The notes under the pieces were generated by a model. The model had not been told where the DNA came from, searched no databases, and was given only the letters and a program-made list of their open reading frames with translations. Both the position numbers and the translations under genes were made by a program. From Deltaproteobacteria bacterium (GTDB lineage: Bacteria; Myxococcota; Kuafuiibacteriia; Kuafuiibacteriales; Kuafuiibacteriaceae): 64,000 nt of DNA. The stretch is from the NCBI GenBank assembly GCA_040218735.1, contig JAVJQW010000011.1, forward strand, positions 134,508 through 198,507. The letters are read 5' to 3'. Positions 8,720-17,130 of the stretch are shown here, one piece after another (the first letter of the stretch is position 1; every line of letters begins with the position of its first letter).

Positions 8720-9928
8720 TCACCGCTCCGACCGCAGCCGCTCCAGCTGACTCGCCATCGCCGCCAGCAGCGGGAGCCGGTTGAGGCGCGCCGTGCTCCG
8801 GACCGGCGGCAGCCAGCCCTGCACCGCGTCCTCGGGCGCCCCGAACGCCAAGACTCCCTCGCGAGGCGCCGCCACCGGCGCGGACCCGCGCGCCGCGCTC
8901 GAGCTGCCGTACAGCGGAGCGCCGATCGCCGCCCAGGTCGGCACGACCTCGATACGCCGCGACGTGACCAACCGCGCCCGCGGCGCCGGCCCACGGCGCT
9001 GACGGCGCGATCGCTCGTCCGGCACGTCCACCTCGATCGCCGGGAGCGCCGCGACCTGGTCGGGGTCGCCCCCCACCCAGATCAACCGCGACAGCTCGTA
9101 CGCGGCGGCGAGCCGCGCCAACGCGACCAGCGCCTCGGACGAGCGCGGCCCTGTGAAGGCCACCGCGGGACCCACGTCGGCGGTTGCACCGGGGAACGGG
9201 TCTTCGAGGCCCACCCCCTCGCGGCGCAACATCCGGCGCTCGTCTTTGGAGGCGCCGCGCGACACGAACAGATCGGGGCGCCGCGCCCGCGTCCGCCGCA
9301 GCGCCTCGGCGTACCGCCAGGCCTCGATGCGCTCGTGGTGCCCGGACGTGAGCACGTCGGGGACGTCGCGCCCCTCGAAGCTCGGCGGCCGGGTGTACTG
9401 CGGGTGCTCGAGGAGGCCGGCGGCGAACGAGTCGTGCTCGGAGGAGTCGGCGTTGCCGAGTGTTCCGGGGAGCAACCGCACGACGCCATCGATAATGGTC
9501 AGCGCCGCGTACTCCCCTCCGGTGAGCACGAAGTCGCCGAGCGAGATCTCGTCGTCGACGAAGTCACGAATCCGCTCGTCGAACCCCTCGTAGCGCCCGG
9601 CGAGCAGCGCGAGGTGGCCGCCGGCGGCCCACCGCGAAAGATCCTTCTGCGCGAGCGGCCGGCCCTGGGGCGACATCATCACCACCGGGCCCGCGCCCTT
9701 CGCGCGCACGGCGCGGATCGCCGCGACGAGCGGCTCGACCTTCATCACCATCCCGGCGCCGCCGCCGTAGGGGGTGTCGTCGACGGTGCGGTGTACGTCG
9801 GACGTGAAGGTGCGCGGGTCGATGAAGTCGACGTGCGCCGCGCCGCCCGTGATCGCCTTGCCCACCAACCCCGTCGCCAGCGGTCCGGCGAAGAACTCGT
9901 GGAACAAGGTGATGACGTCGATCTTCAT
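8720..9928 (-). CDS. trmD: tRNA (guanine37-N1)-methyltransferase TrmD, with an unusual ~150-aa Ala/Arg/Pro-rich C-terminal extension.
   Basis: MKIDVITLFHEFFAGPL...GGGAGMVMKVEPLVAAI...DFVLTGGEYAALTIIDGVVRLLPGTLG forms a SPOUT-knot TrmD core of ~250 aa. The same frame continues for another ~150 aa to the stop at 8720. Confidence 0.88.
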   Translation of the reverse strand: MKIDVITLFHEFFAGPLATGLVGKAITGGAAHVDFIDPRTFTSDVHRTVDDTPYGGGAGMVMKVEPLVAAIRAVRAKGAGPVVMMSPQGRPLAQKDLSRWAAGGHLALLAGRYEGFDERIRDFVDDEISLGDFVLTGGEYAALTIIDGVVRLLPGTLGNADSSEHDSFAAGLLEHPQYTRPPSFEGRDVPDVLTSGHHERIEAWRYAEALRRTRARRPDLFVSRGASKDERRMLRREGVGLEDPFPGATADVGPAVAFTGPRSSEALVALARLAAAYELSRLIWVGGDPDQVAALPAIEVDVPDERSRRQRRGPAPRARLVTSRRIEVVPTWAAIGAPLYGSSSAARGSAPVAAPREGVLAFGAPEDAVQGWLPPVRSTARLNRLPLLAAMASQLERLRSER

Positions 9929-10458
9929 TCGAGGTCCAGCAACCCCGGCAGCGGCGTGAGGCGGAGCCGCCCTTGTCCGTCGAGGCCGGCCACGAACACG
10001 TCGACGTACGGGACGAGCGCCTCTCCACCGTCCGGACGCTCGATCACCAGCATCGCCTGCGCGCCGTTGTCCCGTACGTCGGCGACGACGCCGAGGACGT
10101 CGCCGGTCTCGTCGTGGACGGCGGTCGCGCCGAACGCACGGTCCACGTCGTCGACGAGCGCGCCGGGGAGGTGGGCCGGATCGAGGTCGAGGAAACGACC
10201 GACGAGCGCTTCGGCGCGGCTCCGGTCGATGCCGTCGAGCCGCAGCACCGCGCGCGTCGGATCCACGAACCGCAGCGACGTGAGGACGAAGGTCTCCTCG
10301 TCACCCGCTTCGGTGGCGAGCGCGACGGACACCGGCCCGCGGACGCTCTTGGTCTTGTGGCTCTTGTCCCGGCGCGGCCGGAACAGGCGGACCGCCACGT
10401 GCCCTTCCAGGCCGTGGGGCTTACTGACGAGGCCCACCCGGTAGACGTAGGCGGACAC
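9925..10458 (-). CDS. rimM: Ribosome maturation factor RimM.
   Basis: VYRVGLVSKPHGLEGHVAVRLF plus a C-terminal PRC barrel. It overlaps trmD by 4 nt and sits in the canonical rpsP-rimM-trmD-rplS context. Confidence 0.88.
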   Translation of the reverse strand: MSAYVYRVGLVSKPHGLEGHVAVRLFRPRRDKSHKTKSVRGPVSVALATEAGDEETFVLTSLRFVDPTRAVLRLDGIDRSRAEALVGRFLDLDPAHLPGALVDDVDRAFGATAVHDETGDVLGVVADVRDNGAQAMLVIERPDGGEALVPYVDVFVAGLDGQGRLRLTPLPGLLDLE

Positions 10459-10470
10459 GGTCGGGGGGAG

Positions 10471-10701
10471 CTACTCGATGATCTCGAGCGTGGAGCGCTT
10501 CTGCACCTTCATGGCTGCGGCCGACAGGATCGTACGCATGGCCTTCGCGGTGCGGCCCTTCTTGCCGATCACCTTGCCGAGGTCTTCCTTCGAAACCTTC
10601 AGCTTGATGATCGAAGCCTCTTCGTCGCCGAACTCCGTGACTTCGACGGTGTCGGGGGCATCGACGAGCGCTTTGGCGATGTACTCGATGAGGTCCTTCA
10701 T
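10471..10701 (-). CDS. KH-domain RNA-binding protein (UPF0109/YlqC-like).
   Basis: 76 aa with GKVIGKKGRTAKAMRTIL (GxxG KH motif). Located between rpsP and rimM, as in many bacteria. Confidence 0.85.
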   Translation of the reverse strand: MKDLIEYIAKALVDAPDTVEVTEFGDEEASIIKLKVSKEDLGKVIGKKGRTAKAMRTILSAAAMKVQKRSTLEIIE

Positions 10702-10719
10702 CTCGTGTCGCCTCGCGCT

Positions 10720-11199
10720 CTACTCGGACTTCTCGGCGTCGGTCGCCTCGGGCGCGGCCTCGCCTTCGGGCTTGGCTTCGGCGGGCGCGGCCTCTTCGGC
10801 CTTCGCCTCGGCGGCGGGCGCGGCTTCGGCCGCAGCGGCCTCCGCCTTCGGCTCGTCCTTCGGCGCGTCGGCCTTGGCGGCCTCCGCCTTCGGCTCGTCC
10901 TTCTTCGCCGGTGCGGCTTCGACGGGCGGCGCCTCGTACTTCGGCTTCGCCTGCGGGAGGACGTTGCCCTCCTTCTTCGCCTTCTTGATGAGGCTCTTCA
11001 CGGTCGGTGACGTCTGCGCACCCACGCTCAACCAGTAGTCGATGCGGTCCTGCTTGAGGACGAGCACTTCCTTCGCGGGGATGTAGTAGCCGAGGTTCTC
11101 GACGAACCGGCCGTCACGGCGTGCACGCTGGTCGGCAGCCACGAGGTGGTAAACGGGGCGCTTTTTGGTACCGGCGCGCGCGAGTCTGAGGGTCAGCAT
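10720..11199 (-). CDS. rpsP: 30S ribosomal protein S16 with a Lys/Ala/Glu-rich C-terminal tail.
   Basis: MLTLRLARAGTKKRPVYHLVAADQRARRDGRFVENLGYYIP, followed by an AEAKPK-type low-complexity tail. Confidence 0.93.
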   Translation of the reverse strand: MLTLRLARAGTKKRPVYHLVAADQRARRDGRFVENLGYYIPAKEVLVLKQDRIDYWLSVGAQTSPTVKSLIKKAKKEGNVLPQAKPKYEAPPVEAAPAKKDEPKAEAAKADAPKDEPKAEAAAAEAAPAAEAKAEEAAPAEAKPEGEAAPEATDAEKSE

Positions 11200-11286
11200 T
11201 CAGCCCAGCTCCTTGATATCGAATCCTCCCCGAGATGTAGGACGGGGAGGGCGGTCAATCGCGAATGCAGCCCGAGATGTCAACAA

Positions 11287-12357
11287 CTATCGGAGGACGT
11301 CGAAGACCGACACCACCACGATGAGCGCGGCGAGCAGGACGAACCCTCCGCCGTGGACCCAGGCCTCCACCCGCGAGTCGACCGGACGCCGCCGGATCAA
11401 CCCGACGAGCAGGAACAAGAGCCGCGAACCGTCCAGGGCCGGGATGGGGAGGAGGTTGAAGATACCGAGCGCGATGGAGATGGCCGCCGCGAAGCTGAGG
11501 GCGTCGATCCAGGAGCGCTCGAACGCCCCGCCCATGGTCTTCACGATGCCGATCGGTCCGGAGACGTCGTCGATCCCGAAGACCCCGTCGATCATCCCGG
11601 CGATCATCTTGAACGGGCTCTTGGTCCACTCGACGGTCCGACTCCAGGACTTGGCGAGCGCGTCCCCCACCGACAGGGGCGCGGCCTTCTTCTCGGTCGG
11701 CGCGAAACCGACGCCGACGCGCCAGCCCTCCCCGACCTTCTGCGGCGTCACCGTCACGACCTTCGTCTCGCTCTCGCGCCGCACGTCGAACGCGATGGCG
11801 GCCCCGCCGGAGTCGTCGATGGCCTTCAGGAAGTCCTCGACCGTCTCGAACGGCTTCCCGGCCACGCCGGTCAACAGGTCGCCCTTCTGCAATCCGGCGG
11901 TCTCGGCGGGGGAGTCGGCGCTGACCGCGGTGACCTCGATCGGCGGCAGCGGCTCGTAGTTGAACGCCACCAGGAGGCCGAACCACAGCGTGAAGCCGAG
12001 TAGGTAGTTGGCGGCCGGGCCCGCGAGGATGGTCGCGAAGCGCTGGTGGAACGGGCGGCGCAGGTAACTCGTCGGGGCGTCGGGGTCCGTGCCGTCCTCC
12101 GGGTTCATGCCGTCGATCTGGACGAAGCCGCCGAACGGGATCGCGCAGATGGTGAAGGTCGTCTCGTTGCGCGTGACCTTCGCGATGATCGGACCGAACC
12201 CGATCGAGAAGCGGCTGACGTTCATCCCGCTCCACTTCGCGGCGAAGTAGTGCCCCGACTCGTGGATGATGATCAGCAGGCCGACGGCGACGATCGCGAG
12301 AGAGACGGAAACCGGATCCACGGGCCTAGTAGCCGATGCGTCTGTGCGAACAGTCAA
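11287..12357 (-). CDS. rseP: RIP site-2 metalloprotease (M50 family, RseP-like) with a PDZ domain.
   Basis: HESGHYFAAK (HExxH) in TM1, a central PDZ region, and a C-terminal LDGSRLLF-type motif. Multi-TM. Confidence 0.88.
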   Translation of the reverse strand: MTVRTDASATRPVDPVSVSLAIVAVGLLIIIHESGHYFAAKWSGMNVSRFSIGFGPIIAKVTRNETTFTICAIPFGGFVQIDGMNPEDGTDPDAPTSYLRRPFHQRFATILAGPAANYLLGFTLWFGLLVAFNYEPLPPIEVTAVSADSPAETAGLQKGDLLTGVAGKPFETVEDFLKAIDDSGGAAIAFDVRRESETKVVTVTPQKVGEGWRVGVGFAPTEKKAAPLSVGDALAKSWSRTVEWTKSPFKMIAGMIDGVFGIDDVSGPIGIVKTMGGAFERSWIDALSFAAAISIALGIFNLLPIPALDGSRLLFLLVGLIRRRPVDSRVEAWVHGGGFVLLAALIVVVSVFDVLR

Positions 12358-12413
12358 GCCTTGCCAGGTGCGCCGTTCGTGGCGGATATCCTGCCCCGCC
12401 CCCGGTCCGTCCG

Positions 12414-13718
12414 ATGCAGCTGCCGTACGAAGTCACCGTCGCGCTGAGGTACATGCGCTCGCGCAAGAAGGCGGGGATCTCGCTGACCAGCACCCTGACC
12501 ATCTCCGCGTTTGCGCTCGGGGTCACGGCGCTCACCGTGGTGACGTCGGTCTGGAACGGCTTCGAGGCGGAGTTCCTCGACAAGCTCCTCGGCATCAACG
12601 CCCACGCGGTCGTGCTCAAGCGCGGCGACTTCTTCCGCGACCACGAAGAGGTCGCGGACAAACTCCGCCAGGACCCGAACATCCAGCACGTCGCCCCGTT
12701 TGTGTTCAGCGAGGTCATCGGGCAGAGCGCCAAGGGGATCCAGGGCCTGCTCATCAAGGGCATCGACCCGCGCCACACCATCGGGTCGCCGCTGGCGAAG
12801 TACATCTCCAAGGACGTCGAGCAGCAGCAGGCGGTGCTCGACGCCCTCCCCGTCTCCACGTCGACGTCCGCGCACAAGAAGACGAACCTCCCCGGCATCC
12901 TGATCGGCAACGACCTGCAAGAGGTCTTGCACACGAAGCCGGGCGGCGTGGTGTCGATCGTCTCGCCCTACGGCGGCAAGGGCGGGCAGGCGCGCACGAA
13001 GAGCTTCGAGGTCGTCGGCATCTTCCACTCCGGGATGTTCGAGTTCGACTCGCGGATGGTGTTCATCGATCTGAACGAGGCGCAGGCCTTCTTCCGGCTC
13101 TACGAGAACGTCACCGGCCTCGAGGTGTGGACGAAGGACCCGTTCGAGTCGCGCAACACGGTGTTCGCCGCGGCGCGCACGCTCGACCCCGAGGACCCCC
13201 TCGCCTACGACGTGAAGGACTGGTCGGTGACCAACCGCGGCATCTTCGGCGCTGTGCGGAGTCAGAAGGTGCTGATCAGCATCGTGCTGTTCTTCATCGT
13301 GATCGTGGCGTCGTTCATGATCCTCGCGACGCTGATCCTCCTGATCCTCGAAAAGGATCGCGAAGTCGCGATCCTGAAGGCGCTCGGCGCGACCAACCAA
13401 TCCATCCGGCGCATCTTCCTGTTGGACGGTCAGATCATCGGCCTCGTCGGCTGCGCGTTCGGCGTGGGGCTCGGACTGGCCGTGTGCGCGGTGCTCGAAG
13501 AGTACGGGCTGAAGCTCGACCCGCGTGTCTACTACCTCGAGCACCTCCCGATCGTCGTGCGCACGCACGAGATCATCGGGGTGTGCGTCGGCGCGATGAT
13601 CCTCGCGACGCTCGCGGCGATCATCCCCGCGTGGGCGGCGTCGCGCATGCGGCCCGTCGACGGGCTGACCCGACGCGCGCAGGTGAAGGCCCCGGCGACC
13701 GAAGCGCCGAAGATCTGA
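12414..13718 (+). CDS. Lipoprotein-release ABC transporter permease (LolC/LolE, FtsX family).
   Basis: MQLPYEVTVALRYMRSRKKAGISLTSTLTISAFALGV... carries the FtsX/MacB architecture: TM1, a large periplasmic domain, and three C-terminal TMs. The ATG at 12414 is preferred over the upstream track start. Confidence 0.8.
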   Translation: MQLPYEVTVALRYMRSRKKAGISLTSTLTISAFALGVTALTVVTSVWNGFEAEFLDKLLGINAHAVVLKRGDFFRDHEEVADKLRQDPNIQHVAPFVFSEVIGQSAKGIQGLLIKGIDPRHTIGSPLAKYISKDVEQQQAVLDALPVSTSTSAHKKTNLPGILIGNDLQEVLHTKPGGVVSIVSPYGGKGGQARTKSFEVVGIFHSGMFEFDSRMVFIDLNEAQAFFRLYENVTGLEVWTKDPFESRNTVFAAARTLDPEDPLAYDVKDWSVTNRGIFGAVRSQKVLISIVLFFIVIVASFMILATLILLILEKDREVAILKALGATNQSIRRIFLLDGQIIGLVGCAFGVGLGLAVCAVLEEYGLKLDPRVYYLEHLPIVVRTHEIIGVCVGAMILATLAAIIPAWAASRMRPVDGLTRRAQVKAPATEAPKI

Positions 13719-13737
13719 TCTGCTACGGTCTCGGCCG

Positions 13738-14292
13738 ATGGGCCTGCTCTCAGACTTCAAACAATTCGTCCTCCGCGGAAACATCACCGACCTCGCGATC
13801 GGCTTCACGGTCGGCGCGGCGTTCACCACCGTCGTGAAGTCCGCGGTCGAAGACCTCGTGATGCCGCCGGTCGGATTGCTCGTCGGTGAGGTCGACTTCA
13901 CGCAGCAGTTCTGGGTCCTCGCGCCGGGCAAGAACGGCGAGGCCGCGTTCGAGACGATGGCGCAGGCGAAGGCCGCCGGTGCGGTGACGCTGAACTACGG
14001 CAACTTCATCAACAACTGCATCGCGCTGCTCGTCGTCGCGCTCGTGATGTTCGCGGTCGTGAAGTTCATCCGGCGTGTCGAGACGCAGATGGAGGAGGAA
14101 GCAGGCGGCGAGGCAAAGGCGCCCGAGGAGCCGGCGAACAAGAAGTGCCCCTTCTGCCTCGAGACGATCGCCTTCAAGGCGGTGCGCTGCCCCGAGTGCA
14201 CGAGTGAGCTCGACGGCTTCCGCGCGCGGCGCGACAAGCCTGGGGTCGCGCTCAACGAGATGGGTGCCGCGGCGGACCAAAGTTCTCCGTAG
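13738..14292 (+). CDS. mscL: Large-conductance mechanosensitive channel MscL fused to a C-terminal zinc-ribbon.
   Basis: MGLLSDFKQFVLRGNITDLAIGFTVGAAFTTVV is the MscL N-terminus, followed by two TMs. The C-terminus carries CPFCLETIAFKAVRCPECTSEL (CxxC...CxxC). Confidence 0.88.
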   Translation: MGLLSDFKQFVLRGNITDLAIGFTVGAAFTTVVKSAVEDLVMPPVGLLVGEVDFTQQFWVLAPGKNGEAAFETMAQAKAAGAVTLNYGNFINNCIALLVVALVMFAVVKFIRRVETQMEEEAGGEAKAPEEPANKKCPFCLETIAFKAVRCPECTSELDGFRARRDKPGVALNEMGAAADQSSP

Positions 14293-14812
14293 AGAACTTG
14301 AACACCGCGACGTCGTCGCCCAGGTAGGCGTCCTGCGGGAGGCCCGCCTTCTCGCAGGTCATCGCGGCGAAGGTGCGCGCCGACCATTCCCGCTCGGCGG
14401 CGACCTGAGGGAGCAAGAGCCCGCGGCGCCCGCGGCCCTCGACGACGAGGCCGTCGCGACCCACGCGGATCTCGTCGATCGATTCGATCGGCTCGAGCGG
14501 GTTCAGGACCGAGATCTCGATCTCGAGGTCGTCGACCTCGGCCTCCACGACCGGCTCGAACCGCGGATCACGCAGCGCCGCGGCGCGGGCCATGTCGGCG
14601 ACGGCTTCGTGGAGCGGCTTCGTCGCGGCGGTGGTCCCCACGCAGCCGCGCAGCGCGCCCTCGGCGGTGTGGAGCGTGACGAACACGGCGCGCGGTGCGT
14701 CGAGGATCGCGTCCCCGTCGGGGCGCGGGATCTGCGCGCCGTCCCCGCGCGCGGCGGCGGCGACGGACCGACGCGCGAGGTCCAGGAGCTGGTGGTGAAC
14801 CGCGGGCTCCAT
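14252..14812 (-). CDS. AMMECR1-domain protein.
   Basis: HTAEGALRGCVGTTAATKPLHEAVADMARAAALRDPRFEPV carries the conserved CxG of AMMECR1. Its 3' end overlaps the mscL 3' end by 41 nt in convergent orientation. Confidence 0.75.
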   Translation of the reverse strand: MEPAVHHQLLDLARRSVAAAARGDGAQIPRPDGDAILDAPRAVFVTLHTAEGALRGCVGTTAATKPLHEAVADMARAAALRDPRFEPVVEAEVDDLEIEISVLNPLEPIESIDEIRVGRDGLVVEGRGRRGLLLPQVAAEREWSARTFAAMTCEKAGLPQDAYLGDDVAVFKFSTENFGPPRHPSR

Positions 14813-14895
14813 CGTGCATTCGACCGTAGCGAATGGGGGCCGGTCCGACCAGGGATCGAACTTGGCGATCGGTTGCGGTATGAAGGGAGGGAGGC

Positions 14896-15828
14896 GTGCG
14901 CGACCAGCTCGATTTCGGTCTGGCGACGACCGACGCGCCCGCGGATCCGGATCGGACCGCGCGGCGACGGCGGCGGGCCCCCGTCGCTCGAACGGCGCCC
15001 CAGCTCGCGCTGCCGCTGCGGGCGAAGGTGCAGGTCGCGACGGTCGATCCCGCCGACGTCGCCGACGCGCCCGACGACGCCGACGCGCCCGACGGCGCCG
15101 ATCCGTCCGACGTGGCGGACCGTCCCGACGTGGCCGACCCGACGCCGACGCTCCGTGGGAAGGTCCGCATCGAACAGGTCGCGCGGCGGGTGCTCGGACC
15201 GCGGGTCATCGTCACGCTCACGAAGAACCGCTCGACGATGATCTCCTGCCGCTCGAAGAAGGGCGTGGTGTACCTCCGCATCCACGCGATCTTCGCGGAG
15301 GCCCCGGAGGACGTGCTCGTCGCAGCGGTCCACTACGTCACCGGCAACCGGACGTCGCCGCGCGACGAAGCGAAGATCGACGCGTACATCGAGAAACACC
15401 GCGAGGTCGTGAAGCGCCCGGCGAAGGAGGCGATCCTCCAGCCGCACGGCGAGGTGCACGACCTCGAAGCGATGTACGACGACATGAACGCGCGCTACTT
15501 CGACGGCCGAATCACCGCGCGCATCACCTGGTCGCGCGCGCTGAAGAACCAGAAGCGACGCTCGATGCGGCTCGGCTCCTACTGCGACGAGACGAAGATC
15601 ATCCGCATCCACCCGGCGCTCGATCAGGCGTTCGTCCCCGCCTACTTCGTCGCATCGGTGGTCTTCCACGAGATGCTGCACGAGGTGCACGGCGCCCCGG
15701 AGCACCCCGAGAGCGGCCGCCGCGAAGTCCACACCCCCGCGTTCCTCGCGGACGAACGTAAGTTCGCGGACTACGAGCGCGCGCGAAAGTGGGAAGCGAA
15801 GCACTTGTCGCGCCTGCTGCGCTACTGA
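14896..15828 (+). CDS. SprT-like/DUF45-type zinc metallopeptidase-domain protein with an acidic DxADxP tandem-repeat N-terminal region.
   Basis: HExxH motif VVFHEMLHEVHG near the C-terminus. The N-terminus reads DPADVADAPDDADAPDGADPSDVADRPDVADPT and is encoded by an imperfect tandem DNA repeat at 15040-15145. Confidence 0.65.
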   Translation: MRDQLDFGLATTDAPADPDRTARRRRRAPVARTAPQLALPLRAKVQVATVDPADVADAPDDADAPDGADPSDVADRPDVADPTPTLRGKVRIEQVARRVLGPRVIVTLTKNRSTMISCRSKKGVVYLRIHAIFAEAPEDVLVAAVHYVTGNRTSPRDEAKIDAYIEKHREVVKRPAKEAILQPHGEVHDLEAMYDDMNARYFDGRITARITWSRALKNQKRRSMRLGSYCDETKIIRIHPALDQAFVPAYFVASVVFHEMLHEVHGAPEHPESGRREVHTPAFLADERKFADYERARKWEAKHLSRLLRY

Positions 15829-15896
15829 CAACGCACCGACCTGCGAACCTTCTTACGGTTGTGCTTCACCAACCGGCGCTTCTACATTGCGCCGCG

Positions 15897-16571
15897 ATGT
15901 CCTGGACCACGATGGCCCTGCTCTCGATGCTCGCGACCGCCTACGGGGAGGCGGACGCCGGCAAGAAGGTCTTCCACGACGCGGGCCTCGGCACGCGCGG
16001 CGTCTCCTGCGCGCACTGCCACGCGACGGAGGAAGACGAGAACACCGGTGACGGGCTGATCCGCGCCGGGCACACGCTCTTCGGCGTCGCCAAGCGCGGG
16101 GCGTGGCGCGGGGACACCAAGCGGAAGAAGTTCGCCACGCTGAGCGAAGCCGTCGACGAGTGTGTGCGGCTCTTCATGGGCACCGACGGCCTGGAGGGCG
16201 CCGACAAGATCACACTCGCCGCGTACCTCAAGTCGATCTCCAAGAAGAAGAAGGCTCGCCCCGATCTCGACACCGGCCTCGTCCCCAACAACGACTACGA
16301 CCGCCCCGAGTTCAACAACGGCGACGCCGACCGCGGCCGACCGCTCTTCTTCGCGGCGTGCCACTCGTGCCACCCGAGCGCCAAGGCCGGCATCGCGCCG
16401 AGCCTCGAGAAGAGCAGCGTCGCGCTCGTCGCCCAGAAGGTTCGCGAGGGCAACGGTCTGCTCCGCGGCTCCCGCAAACCCGGCGAGTGGATGCCGTCCT
16501 TCGGACGCGAGCGCCTCACGGACCAGCAGGTCGCCGACATCGCGGCGTACGTGCAGACGACCCGCCCGTAA
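15897..16571 (+). CDS. Diheme c-type cytochrome, signal-peptide bearing.
   Basis: Two CxxCH motifs (CAHCH and CHSCH). N-terminal signal MSWTTMALLSMLATAYG. ATG at 15897 is in frame with the longer track ORF. Confidence 0.8.
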   Translation: MSWTTMALLSMLATAYGEADAGKKVFHDAGLGTRGVSCAHCHATEEDENTGDGLIRAGHTLFGVAKRGAWRGDTKRKKFATLSEAVDECVRLFMGTDGLEGADKITLAAYLKSISKKKKARPDLDTGLVPNNDYDRPEFNNGDADRGRPLFFAACHSCHPSAKAGIAPSLEKSSVALVAQKVREGNGLLRGSRKPGEWMPSFGRERLTDQQVADIAAYVQTTRP

Positions 16572-16572
16572 C

Positions 16573-17130
16573 TCACTCCTCGGTCGGTGTCCCCAGCCAA
16601 GCGTTCTTCACGCCCGCGGCCACGCACGCATCGAGCAGCTCTTCGAACGCGTCGACGGACGCCGAGCCGAGGTCGAGATCGATCTCCAGCGCCCCGTCCT
16701 CGACCGCCGGATCCGACATGAAGTGCACCACACCGTAAGGCGCGTCGCCCTCTTCGTCCGAGGCGAACCACCGCTCGAACCACGCGACGAACGGCTCCAC
16801 CTTCGCGTCGGCCGGCTCGAGGCGCAGCTTCACCGCGTCCCACATGAAGGGCGCGATCTCCACGACGAGGTTCTCGTACTCCAGCTCGCCCGGCTCGAAG
16901 TCGATCATCCGCTCGGAGTCGACCGCGTGCGTCGTGGCGTCTTCGCCGAGGACCGCGATGTCCACGCGCATCCCGAGCCCGTGAGGCCCCTCGCGCACGA
17001 GCGCCCCCGCTTCGTCGCGAAGCGCCGCCTCCATGCGAACGTCGCCCTGCCCCTTCAGCGCCGACGCCGCCGCGACGAGGTCGTCGACGTACATCGTGCG
17101 GATGTCTTCCAGTAACTCGTTCAGGTTCAC
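16573..17130 (-). CDS. Acidic hypothetical protein (185 aa), translationally coupled downstream of cca.
   Basis: ATGA overlap with the cca stop. Compositionally normal coding. No recognisable motifs. Confidence 0.55.
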   Translation of the reverse strand: MNLNELLEDIRTMYVDDLVAAASALKGQGDVRMEAALRDEAGALVREGPHGLGMRVDIAVLGEDATTHAVDSERMIDFEPGELEYENLVVEIAPFMWDAVKLRLEPADAKVEPFVAWFERWFASDEEGDAPYGVVHFMSDPAVEDGALEIDLDLGSASVDAFEELLDACVAAGVKNAWLGTPTEE

